From: a virus
Taxonomy: Duplodnaviria > Caudoviricetes
Reading direction: 5' to 3' (one strand)
IMG/VR virus record: IMGVR_UViG_3300020398_000011
Coordinates: 1-31,397 of that record
Length of the DNA stretch: 31,397 nucleotides
The notes beneath the pieces were generated by a model that saw only the letters and a program-made list of their open reading frames with translations, had not been told where the DNA came from and did not search any database. Shown in pieces: positions 9,021 to 20,106 of the stretch. Within the stretch, counting starts at the first letter, position 1, and each line of letters begins with the position of its first letter. Made by a program: the position numbers and the translations under genes.

Positions 9021-12000
9021 ATGCCTAAATTAACAACAGATTTTAACGTTTCCCCATATTATGATGATTTTAGTGAATCAAAAAAATTCTTTAAAATATT
9101 GTATAGACCTGCATTTTCTGTACAAGCACGAGAATTGTCTCAAATGCAGACAATTTTACAAAATCAAATTGAAAAATTAGGAGATTATAATTTTTCAGAT
9201 GGTGACCGTGTTTCTGGTGGAGAAATTAGCCTTAATACAGATATTAATTCGCTACAATTAACAACTAATTATGCAGGAACTGAAATTGTTGTTTCAAATT
9301 TTGAAGATAGAATTATACAAGGCGATACTTCAGGAGCACGAGCAACAATTGTTAAGACGCAAAAATTTACACAAACGTCTTTAAATATTTTAATGATTAA
9401 TTATCTCGATGAAAAAATATTTGTTGATGATGAGGTTATAAGAACGGTTGATGCTGGAACAACATATTTTGCAAATATTGCTGGGGAAACCGAAGGGTTG
9501 ACAGATGTTACCTCATTAGTCACTTCAATTGCTTCAAATGATGGTTCGGTTGTTAGTATTGATGAAGGTATTTTTTATATTGGAGGATATTTTGTTCACG
9601 TTTCACCACAAACATTAATTCTTGATACACTATCTTCTACTCCAACTTATCGTATAGGATTATCTATAACTGAAACGGCTGTAACAAGTGTAGATGATAC
9701 TACATTATTGGATAATGCAATTGGTTCTCCAAATTATACTGCTCCTGGTGCAAATCGTTATAAAATTGATTTAGTATTAACTAGAAAAAATATTTTTCAA
9801 TCTGGAGTTTCAATTATATCTTCTGGAATGACTTTTACTTCAGCCGTTAATACTGTTACAATTACTACTTCAACTGACCATAATTTAGCAAATGGTGATT
9901 TTGTAATTATATCTGGCGCAACTGAATCAGAATATAATGGAAAATTTCCTATTGCTAATGTAACAAGTGGAACTACATTTACTTATTTTTCAGCAGGCTT
10001 ACCTACTACTCCTGCTACAGGAAGTCCAGTTTATAATAAGGTTATTACAGACCCCTTAGAAGCAAGGTCCGATATAGACTTTTTAGAATTACTAAGAGTT
10101 GAACATGGTGCGAAAACTAAAGAAACTGTTAATCCATTATATGGTGCAATTGGTGATGTATTGGCAAGAAGAACTTTTGACCAATCTGGAGATTTTACAG
10201 TAAAACCTTTTTCAGTTGCTTTTGAAACACATAAAATTTCTGGTGTAGCAACTTCTAGAGATTCAGCAAATGCATGTACAAATTTTACAGGGTCAGGAAC
10301 AGGATTTGTATCTCAATTAAATGCTGATGATGTAATTTTCTTATCTGGAAATACAAATAAGACTGCAACTATTGATACAATTACAGATAATACCACCCTA
10401 ACATTAACATCTGGTACTACGTTAGGAGATGGTTCAAATAATCAAAAGATTGGTGTCGATTCAAAAGTAACGGCCTCCTTGAGCCCAGGTAAAGCATATG
10501 TTAAAGGTTATGAATATGAAACAGTAACTACTACATTTATTGATATTAATAAAGCACGAGATACTAGGACTGTGGTAAATGAGAGCCAGGGAACCGATTT
10601 TGGTCCATATATTACAGTAACTGATTTGAATATGAAAACGGGCTTTGAGGCTAGTATTAAAGATGATGAAACAGGAGGGTTTGATTTAATAGATTTACAT
10701 ATGGTTAAGTGGCCTTCCACGAATGAAACATATGGTGGTACTGCTATTGCACAAGTAACAGGAAATGTAGAATTTATAGGAATTGATACGCAATCAGCAG
10801 GACACATTGCAAATACAAAAATTGGTACTGCACGTATTAGACAGTTGGATTGGAAGCAAGGAAGAGATAGTTCAATTACGACAAAATATGGTTCAACTGA
10901 TTCTAATACTCATCATAATATATTTGCAGGTGTATATGATGCACACTTATTTGATATGAGATTTAGAACTGTTACAGGAACAGTTGGTACTGCAACTGCT
11001 AATGTTTCTGCGGTGCAATTAGAAAATGATGGAACTTCTTTTCCTACAATTAATTGTTTATATGGATGTTCTGTAACTGTTAATACTTCTTTTATGGGTG
11101 TTACTACTTCTGATACAAGAAGAATATTATCATGGTCAGGTTCAAGCACATCCGCGCCCGATTTTGTAGACCGTGATGCCACTGGCGCCGCAGAATCTTC
11201 ACCTTATACTGCGGTATTGGAAAGTTCATTGTCTCAACCTACGTTATCCACAAGTACATATGCAATATCATTTGGCACTAAAGATATACGTTCAGGTGTA
11301 AAAATTAGTTCTACAACTATTACTGATGCCTTTAATGTTGACCCAATGGGGAAAACTGGAGGAGTAGATACTGGTAATACTATTTTTTATAAAGCAAATG
11401 ATGATGAACGAACTTTAATTTTCCCATTACAAAATCAGACGGTTGCCAATCTAAATCCTACAGGTACAAGTACAACATCATATAAATTTAAAAGAATGTT
11501 TGAGGCAACTCTTGGCGGCACTTCGACTACTTCCATATCTGCTCCAACAGGAGAATCATTTTATCCAGGCGCAACTAAAACTTTAAGTGCTTCTGAAATT
11601 GATGCAAATTATATTGTATTTGCTACTAGCCTCCTCCACACTGGACATGTAATAGAATTTTCAAATACTTCTGGTACAGGTGTAGTTGGTCCAGGAGATA
11701 CTGGTGGCAATATTACGAGATCTATTGCGATAGAGGATAATGGGGATACTTTAAAAATAGAGGCTGATTCATCTCATCCAGATGCAAAATCATTTGATGG
11801 TGCGGATGTAAGACTAATTGCTACAATGCAGAGGGATAATGCTACTGTAACAGGCGCAAGTTCTCAGATTGCTAAGAAAACTTTAGTATATGGTAATACT
11901 ACAGTTGCTAATGTAGATTATGATTCTTCAAATACGTTACAATCTACTTCTGGACAAATATCATTTGGTACGAGTATGAATGTTGAACCAGGTGCAAATA

Positions 12001-15000
12001 ATTCTTTAAAAATTTCTGATATTAAAAAAATAGTTGCAGTTGTAGATTCAATGAGTGCATCTCAAAATGTAAAATCATCACATATAACTGCCGCTATAGC
12101 AAATACTGCAAATCAACATAATATTACATCTAGATTTGAATTTGATACCGGTCAAAAAGATAATTATTACGATTACGGAAAAATAACGTTAAAGCCTGGA
12201 GATACTAAACCTACTGGACAAGTGGTCGCTATAGTAGATTATTATACTCATGCAGGCAGTGGTCCTATGACCGTAGATTCCTATATTTGGAGCGGTACAG
12301 GTAATACTCCATACGGAGAAATACCCGCATTTACTTCTCCTGTATCAGGTAATAAATTTCAATTGAGAGATGTCATAGATTTTAGACCAAAAAGAATAGG
12401 AATTGAGACGGAAGCAGAAGATACGTATTCTTATGATAATGATATTATTACAACTACAAATGTATTTTCTAGTAAAGTATTACCTGATTATGATTATACG
12501 TTTGATACTGATTATGCCCATTATATTTCAAGAAAAGACAAAATTGTTCTTACGAGAGATAGAAACTTTAAAGTGATTCAGGGAGTTTCAGATGTTACTC
12601 CTGTACTTCCTCCTGACGATGATGATTCTGTGACATTATATACTGCTGAAGTTCCCGCATATACGTTTAATCCTTCAGATATTAAAACACGTTATATTGA
12701 TAATAAACGTTTTACGATGAGAGATATTGGTAGTTTGGAAAGAAGAATAGAAACGTTAGAATATTATGTTTCTTTAAGTCTTTTAGAAAAAGAAGCAGAT
12801 TCTTTGACAATTACAGATAGTAATTCTAACGATAGATTTAAAAATGGCATTTTAGTTGACCCATTTTCTGGGCATAATATAGGAGATGTTTTTAATGTTG
12901 ATTATACTGCGGCAATTGATTTAGATAATAAGGAATTAAGACCTTCATTTAAAACCGATTTGGTCAAGTTGCAATATAATTCTAATACACATCATAGTAC
13001 ATTAGTAAATAACAGTGGTGTTATTACCCTACCGTTTACTACAAGTTCATTATTAGTACAACCTCAGACAGGGAATTTAGATGGTAAAAATTTACAAAAA
13101 ATATTAAAGATTAATCCTTTTTCCATTAAAAGTTTCATTGGTAATATGGATTTGGATCCTCCAACGGATAATTGGTACGATACGAGTGCAAAAATAAATG
13201 TAGTTGTAAATTTAGAAGGACAATATGATAATTGGGTAAATGTTCAAACTGCAAATGGACATGGAACTCATTGGAATGATTGGGAAGAAATTTGGTCTGG
13301 TGTTCAAATAAATAACGATATAAAAGATGGTATTAGAGATGTTGGAGATGTTGCGACTAATGATAGAAAAGCAAAAACTACAAGCCAAACAAAAACATTA
13401 ACTGGTCTTAGAAATGCTAAGGTTCCTGAAAAAATATTAAAAACAATAGGAAATAAAGTTGTTAATATTTCTGTTATTCCTAAAATACGAGAGCAAACAG
13501 TTACATTTGTTGCAAGAAGTTTAAAACCTAACAAAAATGTTTATGCGTTTTTTGGTGATGCTCTTGTAACAGATAAAGTGAAACAAGCTACAGTATTAGG
13601 ATTGAGTAATGTAAGCACATCAAATGTTTTTAGAACTTCAAGTTCAAATTATGAAACGATAGAAATACAAGGTTCTACAGGAAATTCAGGTAATACTGCA
13701 AAAATTATATACATGAGTGATAGAACTACAGTTAATAATTGTACAATAATGATTGTAGACCATTCTACAGAAGGAGCATTTACTGTAGGAGCTGTTATTG
13801 AAGGAGTAGATACAAAAGCAAATGGGACTATAAGTGCAGTTACTAATTATAATCTTACGGATGGTCAAATATTAGTAAATAATGAAGGTGTTACTGCTGG
13901 ACAATTTAATATTTCAGGAGGAACATTTAACACTGGTGAACAATTGTTTAGAGTTTCCGATGATTCTGATAATATTTTGGCAACTACAACATCAGTGGCC
14001 GAAAGAATGTTCCACAGTAAAGGCGTGTTGGATTCTAATAGGGAAGATGGAATAATTTCAGTTAGACCTTTAATTAAAAAGAGGGATGATGCAACTCAAG
14101 ATGTAATCGTAAAAAGTTATGTCCAACCTAGAAGAAATGACTCTCCAAAATATTTGTCTCCTTTAGCACAATCATTTATTATATCAGAAGATAATTATCC
14201 TTCAGGAATATTTCTAGATAATATTGAATTATTTTTTAGGACTAAAGAGTCATCTTCAGGGTCAAAAAATCCTGTTATGTTACAATTAAGACCTATAGTT
14301 GATGGAGCCCCAAGTCCTTCAACTGTAATTCCTGGTTCTGAAGTAACTCTTACTCCTGGTCGAGTAACCGCAAATACTTCTACTCCTATTGCAAATACTT
14401 TAGGAGGGTTTCCTGCCGCTACTTTAGGAAATTCATATTCTGCAAATAAGAGTGGAACGGACCAAGGGTCTAAAACTATTTTCAAATTTGATTTTCCAGT
14501 ATTTTTAAATCCAGGAGAATATGCGTTTACACTTCAAACAAATAATTCCGAATATAGTTTATATAGTTTTGATATGGGCGCAAAACATACTGGAACAGAC
14601 AGGAAAATTACAAAACAACCTTATGTTGGAAAGTTATTTAAACCTACAAATGCAGGTAAAGTTGAGGGCACTGATATAGAAGGGTTGATGTTTATAATTA
14701 ATCGTTGTAGTTTTTCAAGTGAAACTGGTTATGCAAGATTTGATAATTTTCATACTTCATTATCAAATGCTGCATCAAATAATGTAATGGATTCTATGAA
14801 GGTTGTAACAGATGTTATAGAATTTGCAAATACTATTAATCTATTTAAATATCAATCTACTAATGTTGGCGGTTCTGCAAAATCTACTACCGCTACAAAT
14901 TTTATAGTAAATAAAAATATAGATTTAACATCTTCCCAACAAATTACAAAAATAACAGATTCAACGAATATGCAATATCAAAATACATTTCAGATGAATG

Positions 15001-15869
15001 TATATTTCACTTCTGCAAATAATATTATTAGTCCAGTAATTGATGACACTAGAACAGGTGTAATTACTATACAAAATACATTGAATAATGCAGGATTAAA
15101 TAATACAAGTATTTTGGTTACAGATGTTGGTACAGGATTATTACAATCTGAGATAGGCGGAGATTCTGGAACATATACGAGTCCTAATGCTAATAATGGT
15201 AATGTAAGCGTATTTACGGTATCTGCTCCTGATGTTGGTTCTAATACTGCAACTATAGCCGCAAATGTGGCTGCCGATGGAACTTTAAATGATGTGGTAG
15301 TTGTAAATGCTGGTAGTGGATATTTGACAAAACCTACAATTATTCTTGGTTCAATTACAAACGCTACTGCGCCTGTAGTTAAAATTATAGGTGAAGGGGC
15401 TAATGGTACAAATATGCTTTCGGCAAATTCAGAACATTCTAGAGGAGGTAATATTTCTGCGAAATATATTACACGCAGAGTTACTTTAGAAGAGGGATTT
15501 GATGCTAGAGATTTGAAGATTTATCTTAGAGGATATAAACCAAGAGGTTCAAACATTTATGTATATTATAAAGTTTTATCTAATGATGATTCAGATAATT
15601 TTGATGATAAGCCTTATATTCTTATGGAGCAAGATACATCTACGGGGCTATTTTCATTAAATGAAAAAGATATAAAGGAATTTATTTATAGAACTAAAGA
15701 TGAAAGAATATCATATACTGTTCCTGGAGCAGGAACATATTCAACATTTAGAACCTTTTCGATTAAAGTTGTATTTACTAGGGATACAGACGCACAAACG
15801 ACTTTTATTGGTATTCCAATTGTAAAAGATTTGAAAGTCATTGCTTTAGATAGTGAAGGTAATCCATAA
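9021..15869 (+). CDS. Large virion structural protein, VrlC / DUF4815 type (2282 aa)
   Basis: N-terminus FNVSPYYDDF...ILYRPA.SVQARELSQMQTILQNQI, plus APGANRYKI, LARRTFDQSGDF, RFTMRDIG.LERRI.TLEYY, RFKNGILVDPF and PLAQSF; SD AAGGA upstream. Confidence 0.85.
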   Translation: MPKLTTDFNVSPYYDDFSESKKFFKILYRPAFSVQARELSQMQTILQNQIEKLGDYNFSDGDRVSGGEISLNTDINSLQLTTNYAGTEIVVSNFEDRIIQGDTSGARATIVKTQKFTQTSLNILMINYLDEKIFVDDEVIRTVDAGTTYFANIAGETEGLTDVTSLVTSIASNDGSVVSIDEGIFYIGGYFVHVSPQTLILDTLSSTPTYRIGLSITETAVTSVDDTTLLDNAIGSPNYTAPGANRYKIDLVLTRKNIFQSGVSIISSGMTFTSAVNTVTITTSTDHNLANGDFVIISGATESEYNGKFPIANVTSGTTFTYFSAGLPTTPATGSPVYNKVITDPLEARSDIDFLELLRVEHGAKTKETVNPLYGAIGDVLARRTFDQSGDFTVKPFSVAFETHKISGVATSRDSANACTNFTGSGTGFVSQLNADDVIFLSGNTNKTATIDTITDNTTLTLTSGTTLGDGSNNQKIGVDSKVTASLSPGKAYVKGYEYETVTTTFIDINKARDTRTVVNESQGTDFGPYITVTDLNMKTGFEASIKDDETGGFDLIDLHMVKWPSTNETYGGTAIAQVTGNVEFIGIDTQSAGHIANTKIGTARIRQLDWKQGRDSSITTKYGSTDSNTHHNIFAGVYDAHLFDMRFRTVTGTVGTATANVSAVQLENDGTSFPTINCLYGCSVTVNTSFMGVTTSDTRRILSWSGSSTSAPDFVDRDATGAAESSPYTAVLESSLSQPTLSTSTYAISFGTKDIRSGVKISSTTITDAFNVDPMGKTGGVDTGNTIFYKANDDERTLIFPLQNQTVANLNPTGTSTTSYKFKRMFEATLGGTSTTSISAPTGESFYPGATKTLSASEIDANYIVFATSLLHTGHVIEFSNTSGTGVVGPGDTGGNITRSIAIEDNGDTLKIEADSSHPDAKSFDGADVRLIATMQRDNATVTGASSQIAKKTLVYGNTTVANVDYDSSNTLQSTSGQISFGTSMNVEPGANNSLKISDIKKIVAVVDSMSASQNVKSSHITAAIANTANQHNITSRFEFDTGQKDNYYDYGKITLKPGDTKPTGQVVAIVDYYTHAGSGPMTVDSYIWSGTGNTPYGEIPAFTSPVSGNKFQLRDVIDFRPKRIGIETEAEDTYSYDNDIITTTNVFSSKVLPDYDYTFDTDYAHYISRKDKIVLTRDRNFKVIQGVSDVTPVLPPDDDDSVTLYTAEVPAYTFNPSDIKTRYIDNKRFTMRDIGSLERRIETLEYYVSLSLLEKEADSLTITDSNSNDRFKNGILVDPFSGHNIGDVFNVDYTAAIDLDNKELRPSFKTDLVKLQYNSNTHHSTLVNNSGVITLPFTTSSLLVQPQTGNLDGKNLQKILKINPFSIKSFIGNMDLDPPTDNWYDTSAKINVVVNLEGQYDNWVNVQTANGHGTHWNDWEEIWSGVQINNDIKDGIRDVGDVATNDRKAKTTSQTKTLTGLRNAKVPEKILKTIGNKVVNISVIPKIREQTVTFVARSLKPNKNVYAFFGDALVTDKVKQATVLGLSNVSTSNVFRTSSSNYETIEIQGSTGNSGNTAKIIYMSDRTTVNNCTIMIVDHSTEGAFTVGAVIEGVDTKANGTISAVTNYNLTDGQILVNNEGVTAGQFNISGGTFNTGEQLFRVSDDSDNILATTTSVAERMFHSKGVLDSNREDGIISVRPLIKKRDDATQDVIVKSYVQPRRNDSPKYLSPLAQSFIISEDNYPSGIFLDNIELFFRTKESSSGSKNPVMLQLRPIVDGAPSPSTVIPGSEVTLTPGRVTANTSTPIANTLGGFPAATLGNSYSANKSGTDQGSKTIFKFDFPVFLNPGEYAFTLQTNNSEYSLYSFDMGAKHTGTDRKITKQPYVGKLFKPTNAGKVEGTDIEGLMFIINRCSFSSETGYARFDNFHTSLSNAASNNVMDSMKVVTDVIEFANTINLFKYQSTNVGGSAKSTTATNFIVNKNIDLTSSQQITKITDSTNMQYQNTFQMNVYFTSANNIISPVIDDTRTGVITIQNTLNNAGLNNTSILVTDVGTGLLQSEIGGDSGTYTSPNANNGNVSVFTVSAPDVGSNTATIAANVAADGTLNDVVVVNAGSGYLTKPTIILGSITNATAPVVKIIGEGANGTNMLSANSEHSRGGNISAKYITRRVTLEEGFDARDLKIYLRGYKPRGSNIYVYYKVLSNDDSDNFDDKPYILMEQDTSTGLFSLNEKDIKEFIYRTKDERISYTVPGAGTYSTFRTFSIKVVFTRDTDAQTTFIGIPIVKDLKVIALDSEGNP

Positions 15870-16066
15870 TGATTGCGAAAACTGATAATTCTAATTATGT
15901 AAGAGACATGAATAGTAATGCTATTCTAGCTTTTGATAAAATAATATTAGAACAGCACCGTAAAAGATTGCATGAAAGTTCAGAAATAAATAAATTGAAA
16001 AATGATATTCAAGATTTAAAGTCAAACATGGGTATTATTTTAAACATTTTGAAAAATAAGGAATAG
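15869..16066 (+). CDS. Small coiled-coil protein of the type that follows VrlC-like genes
   Basis: TAATG coupling to the upstream stop; YVRD..SNAI motif followed by heptads EINKLKNDIQDLKSNMGII. Confidence 0.75.
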   Translation: MIAKTDNSNYVRDMNSNAILAFDKIILEQHRKRLHESSEINKLKNDIQDLKSNMGIILNILKNKE

Positions 16067-17875
16067 ATGGCCAACATTGAAATAAGTTCGGTAGAATTGA
16101 CAAATACCTTTGATGAATGGAGACAAAGAACTAATGATATTATTACAGTTGCAAATGATGCTACATGGGATAATCCTTATTCTAAGTTATTATATGCAAG
16201 TTCAACTGGTGGTTTGTCAATTAATACTATTACATCGAACTCAGTTACAGGAAAATTGGTCACAGGAGTTCGTTTAACATTTACTGGTGGTAATGTCAAT
16301 TTTACTTCTGCAAATGTATCTTCTGGTGGTAATGTTCATCAAGTACATGTGTTAGGAGGAGCTACTGGAGGTATTGATGTTTCTGAACCTCAGTATGCAC
16401 ATACTTCAATTTCAAATACTTTTATTTATAATAGTAAAATCAATCTTAATGGTCAGAAGTTTATAAGTGGTGCAGCAGATATAGATTTAGAAGGTGCAAC
16501 AATTAAAGATTTAGGTTCAGTTGCAAAACTCGTATCATCTGCTGTGACTGGAGGTGATGTTGAATTTACTAATCCTAGAATTTTAATTGATTCGCCTGTA
16601 GGAAGTTTAACAATAGAAGACGGCACTCAGGATTTTACTGGAGCAACCATTACAGGTCCAGTAATAACAGCATATACTGCTAGAGCAGGTCTTATCGAGG
16701 CATCAAATGTTGTAGTTAATGGTGCTGGATTTTTAGTATCAACAAATAGTGTTGCACTTGCAGTTGATGCTGGAGCAACAATTTATTCGGATGGGTCTAC
16801 ATCTTCGGCAAATGTTGGTATCGGAAAATATCCTGAAGTATCTGGGGCTATTGAAAGTGAAAAAAGACCAACTTCTTCTAAAGGAAGATTGCATATAAGG
16901 TCAGATTTTGCGGCAGGAGGTACTACTACTACTGATGCTGAAGATGTTGCTGATGAATTAGTATTAGAAAATCTCGATGATGTAGGAATGACATTTTTAT
17001 CTGATACAGAGTCTAATGCACATATTATGTTTGGCACTGTTGGTAACCCTGATGTGGGTTCTTTAATTTATAATCATGTAACTGATAGTATGCATGTAGT
17101 TACAGATGGTTCAAATACAGCCATATTTGGAAGCGAAAATGGTGGATATATGCACATTGTTAGTGGTGATACAGTTGAAGCTACAGCAGGCAAATTACAT
17201 ATTAATGTAGGTTCTACGGATGCTACCACAGGTTTGTTTATAGATTCGAATGATGCTGACCAAATGGCGTTTAATGTATCTGCTAGTCAAACCACAGTGA
17301 ATGTGTTTCAAATTGATACTACTACATTAACAACTGGGTCTGGTATAGGAGTTTACGACAATTCTGATGGCGTTGGAGCCAGAAAGATTGTACATATAAA
17401 ACAAGATCATGAAGATGCTACAGGTGGTACTGCATTATATGTTGAAACTGATGGTATGATTGGTGGAGCATTTATACAAAATAAAATTAATAAAACTGGT
17501 TTAAGTGTTTCAACCGCAACAGCCCATTCAGTGAATTTATTTGAAGTTATAGATGATGGTGACCCAGCCGCTGCCGCTAATACTGTATTCATTAGAAGTG
17601 ATTCCACAACAGCTACACAAAAAACATTAGAAGTTGCAAATAGTTCTACAAGCATGATGACTGTTACTGCAGGAGGTGATGTAGGCATCAATGATAATGC
17701 GCCTAGTTATAAATTAGATGTGAATGGTACACTAAGGGCCATCGGTAACGCAAAAATAGATGGGGACCTAGAGATAACAAGTTCATCTGTGGAAGCGGAC
17801 GGGGTGAATTGTAGATTAGCAGTATATGATACTTCCGGAACCCTTCTTAATGGTGTAGACCTTAACATGACCTAG
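16067..17875 (+). CDS. Fibre/whisker-like structural protein (602 aa)
   Basis: N-terminal VELTNTFDEWRQRTN anchor-type motif; beta-rich body with NVGIG..., GRLHI, GKLHI and VGINDNAPSYKLDVNG fibre motifs; sits just before gp13, the wac position in T4. Confidence 0.65.
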   Translation: MANIEISSVELTNTFDEWRQRTNDIITVANDATWDNPYSKLLYASSTGGLSINTITSNSVTGKLVTGVRLTFTGGNVNFTSANVSSGGNVHQVHVLGGATGGIDVSEPQYAHTSISNTFIYNSKINLNGQKFISGAADIDLEGATIKDLGSVAKLVSSAVTGGDVEFTNPRILIDSPVGSLTIEDGTQDFTGATITGPVITAYTARAGLIEASNVVVNGAGFLVSTNSVALAVDAGATIYSDGSTSSANVGIGKYPEVSGAIESEKRPTSSKGRLHIRSDFAAGGTTTTDAEDVADELVLENLDDVGMTFLSDTESNAHIMFGTVGNPDVGSLIYNHVTDSMHVVTDGSNTAIFGSENGGYMHIVSGDTVEATAGKLHINVGSTDATTGLFIDSNDADQMAFNVSASQTTVNVFQIDTTTLTTGSGIGVYDNSDGVGARKIVHIKQDHEDATGGTALYVETDGMIGGAFIQNKINKTGLSVSTATAHSVNLFEVIDDGDPAAAANTVFIRSDSTTATQKTLEVANSSTSMMTVTAGGDVGINDNAPSYKLDVNGTLRAIGNAKIDGDLEITSSSVEADGVNCRLAVYDTSGTLLNGVDLNMT

Positions 17876-17886
17876 AGATTAAAAAT

Positions 17887-18885
17887 ATGGCAACACCTAA
17901 TTCTAGAGAAAATTTAAAGCAGTATTGTCTACGAATGTTGGGCAAACCAGTAGTTGAAATTAATGTAGACGATGACCAATTAGAGGACCGTATTGATGAA
18001 GGTTTACAATATTTTCAAGAATATCATTTTGATGGGGTTGAAAAAACGTATGTTCGGCATAAAATTACAGGGTCAACATTAACTATAACAAATCCCGTAG
18101 GAACATTTAAAGCCGGTGAAATTATAACTGGAGGCTCTTCAAACGCATCTGCTACAGTACATTCGGCTAATACAACGGTTATAACGTTTAAGGACCATAA
18201 AGATATAAATGGTATTCAAAATAATAGTTCATCATCAACATTTACAAATAGTGAAACTGTAACTGGAGATTCTTCTTCTGCAACTGCAACTGCAGGCACA
18301 GTAACTTTTGGAGATGTAGATAACCATTATATTCCTATTAATGATTCAATAATTGGTATTGTGAATATTTTTGATATAAATGAAACTTCAGGCACATCAT
18401 CTAGTATGTTTAATTTTAGATATCAATTTTCTTTGAATGAGATGCCTTATTTGACAAGGGGGGCGATTGCACACTATCAAATGACTCAATCTCATTTACA
18501 ATTATTGAATGATATTTTTGTAGGTAAAAAACCTATTCGGTATAATAAACATCAAAATAGATTATATTTAGATTTAGATTGGGCCAATGATGACCTTAAA
18601 ATTGATCAATTTGTTGTAGCTGAGGTATATGCAATAATAGACCCTGATTCATTTACAGATGTATACAATGATATTTTTGTAAAAAAATATGTTACTGCTT
18701 TATTTAAAAGACAATGGGGTGCGAATTTAATTAAATATGATGGAGTGCAACTTCCTGGTGGTGTTAATTTAAATGGCAGACAAATGTTTGATGATGCTGT
18801 TACTGAATTAACTGCCATAGAAGCAGAAATGCAAGTTAAAAACGAACTTCCAGTTGATTTCGTAATTGGAGCAGGACCGTTCTAA
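17887..18885 (+). CDS. gp13: Neck protein gp13
   Basis: Motifs SRENLKQYCLRMLGKPVVEINVDDDQLEDRIDE.LQYF.EYHFDG and KRQWGANLIKYDGVQLPGGV.LNG. Confidence 0.95.
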   Translation: MATPNSRENLKQYCLRMLGKPVVEINVDDDQLEDRIDEGLQYFQEYHFDGVEKTYVRHKITGSTLTITNPVGTFKAGEIITGGSSNASATVHSANTTVITFKDHKDINGIQNNSSSSTFTNSETVTGDSSSATATAGTVTFGDVDNHYIPINDSIIGIVNIFDINETSGTSSSMFNFRYQFSLNEMPYLTRGAIAHYQMTQSHLQLLNDIFVGKKPIRYNKHQNRLYLDLDWANDDLKIDQFVVAEVYAIIDPDSFTDVYNDIFVKKYVTALFKRQWGANLIKYDGVQLPGGVNLNGRQMFDDAVTELTAIEAEMQVKNELPVDFVIGAGPF

Positions 18886-19745
18886 TGACGACAAATGTAT
18901 ATTTTAATCATTTCGATAGTGCGCCAGAACAGGATTTACATCAAGATTTAATCATAGAATCAATTAAAAACTATGGTATTGATGTATATTATCTTCCTAA
19001 ACAATATATAAATGAAGATGTCCTCTATGGAGAGGACACTATCTCTGAATTTAATCAAGCACATCTTATAGAAATGTACATCAAAACCGTAGATGGTTTT
19101 GAAGGAGAAGGTGATTTTATTTCAAGATTTGGTCTCGAAATAAGAGACCAAGTAGTATTTTCTGTAGCAAGAAGAAGATTTGATAATCTTGATATTACGG
19201 AACAGGATAGACCGTTAGAAGGTGATGTTATATTTTTACCGTTGAATAAAAAATTATATGAGATTCGTTTTGTAGAACATGAGTCGATGTTTTATCAGTT
19301 TGGTAAATTACCTATATTTGATTTAACTTGCGAACTCTTTCAATATGACGATCAAAAAATTGATACTGGTGTTGCGGATATTGATGAGATTGAAGACACG
19401 CTTGCATATGCAATTAATTTATCTTTGGGGACTGGAACAGGAAATTATACTGATAATGAAAATGTATATGTTGGTGATACTTATGCGAGTGCTAATACAA
19501 CTGCCAGAGTTATTTCTTGGAATCAAACAGATAAAGAATTGAAAATCACAGATATTGTTGGAACATTTGGTGCAACATCAAATATTGTAGGACAAACAAG
19601 TGGTGCATATTATTCACTTACTACAACACCTGATAATCAAGTATTCATAAATGATATAACTGCAAATAATGTCACTTTTGAAACAGAAGCAGATTCTATT
19701 ATAGATTTTTCTGAATCAAATCCTTTTAGTGAAGGTAATATTTAA
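18885..19745 (+). CDS. gp14: Neck / head-closure protein gp14
   Basis: Motifs EQDL.QDLIIESIKNYG.DVYYLP, GFEGEGDFISRFGLEIRD, RPLEGDVIFLP, FYQFGK and DFSESNPF. Confidence 0.95.
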   Translation: MTTNVYFNHFDSAPEQDLHQDLIIESIKNYGIDVYYLPKQYINEDVLYGEDTISEFNQAHLIEMYIKTVDGFEGEGDFISRFGLEIRDQVVFSVARRRFDNLDITEQDRPLEGDVIFLPLNKKLYEIRFVEHESMFYQFGKLPIFDLTCELFQYDDQKIDTGVADIDEIEDTLAYAINLSLGTGTGNYTDNENVYVGDTYASANTTARVISWNQTDKELKITDIVGTFGATSNIVGQTSGAYYSLTTTPDNQVFINDITANNVTFETEADSIIDFSESNPFSEGNI

Positions 19746-20089
19746 GAAGTTGCTTGTGGTGACAAAGTAATAATACCTTCAACAATTCTTTCTATCTCGG
19801 TTGTATCATGAGTCCACTCAACATCATAATAGTATCTACCTGCGGCTAGAGTGCCTGTTTGAGTTGCAGTTGCGGTAATAGATACATTAGAACCTTCAGT
19901 AGAAGTAGTGAAGGATAGTTTTAATGAAGTATTTGCCGTATCATAAGATTTTGTCATTTTTGCAGACATCGACCCTACAGTCACGGTCACATTTGCATTA
20001 TTAGCATTTTTTGCAGTAAAAGTTTTAGAAAAGGAACAACCTTGGTCTATATTAAAATTAATTCCTTGTTTTTTAATCGATAACGCCAT
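19742..20089 (-). CDS. Single Ig-like (BppU-N-like) domain protein, probably virion-associated
   Basis: Pattern IDQG.SF..TF...T..QT..LAAGRYYYDV......ERIVEG.I..SP recalled from T4-like marine phages; fills the gp14-gp15 gap exactly and has its own late promoter box. Confidence 0.8.
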   Translation of the reverse strand: MALSIKKQGINFNIDQGCSFSKTFTAKNANNANVTVTVGSMSAKMTKSYDTANTSLKLSFTTSTEGSNVSITATATQTGTLAAGRYYYDVEWTHDTTEIERIVEGIITLSPQATS

Positions 20090-20094
20090 ACTAT

Positions 20095-20106
20095 TATTTA
20101 TAAATA
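20095..20106. promoter_or_regulatory. Bidirectional late promoter: palindrome TATTTATAAATA
   Basis: Perfect TATAAATA on + (20099-20106) and on - (20102-20095) within a 25-bp divergent intergenic gap. Confidence 0.8.

Noticed and set aside
1251-18818. Many 60-140 aa minus-strand ORFs opposite the structural genes
   Set aside because: Antisense shadows of strongly biased coding frames, fully nested in well-supported genes and lacking recognisable motifs.
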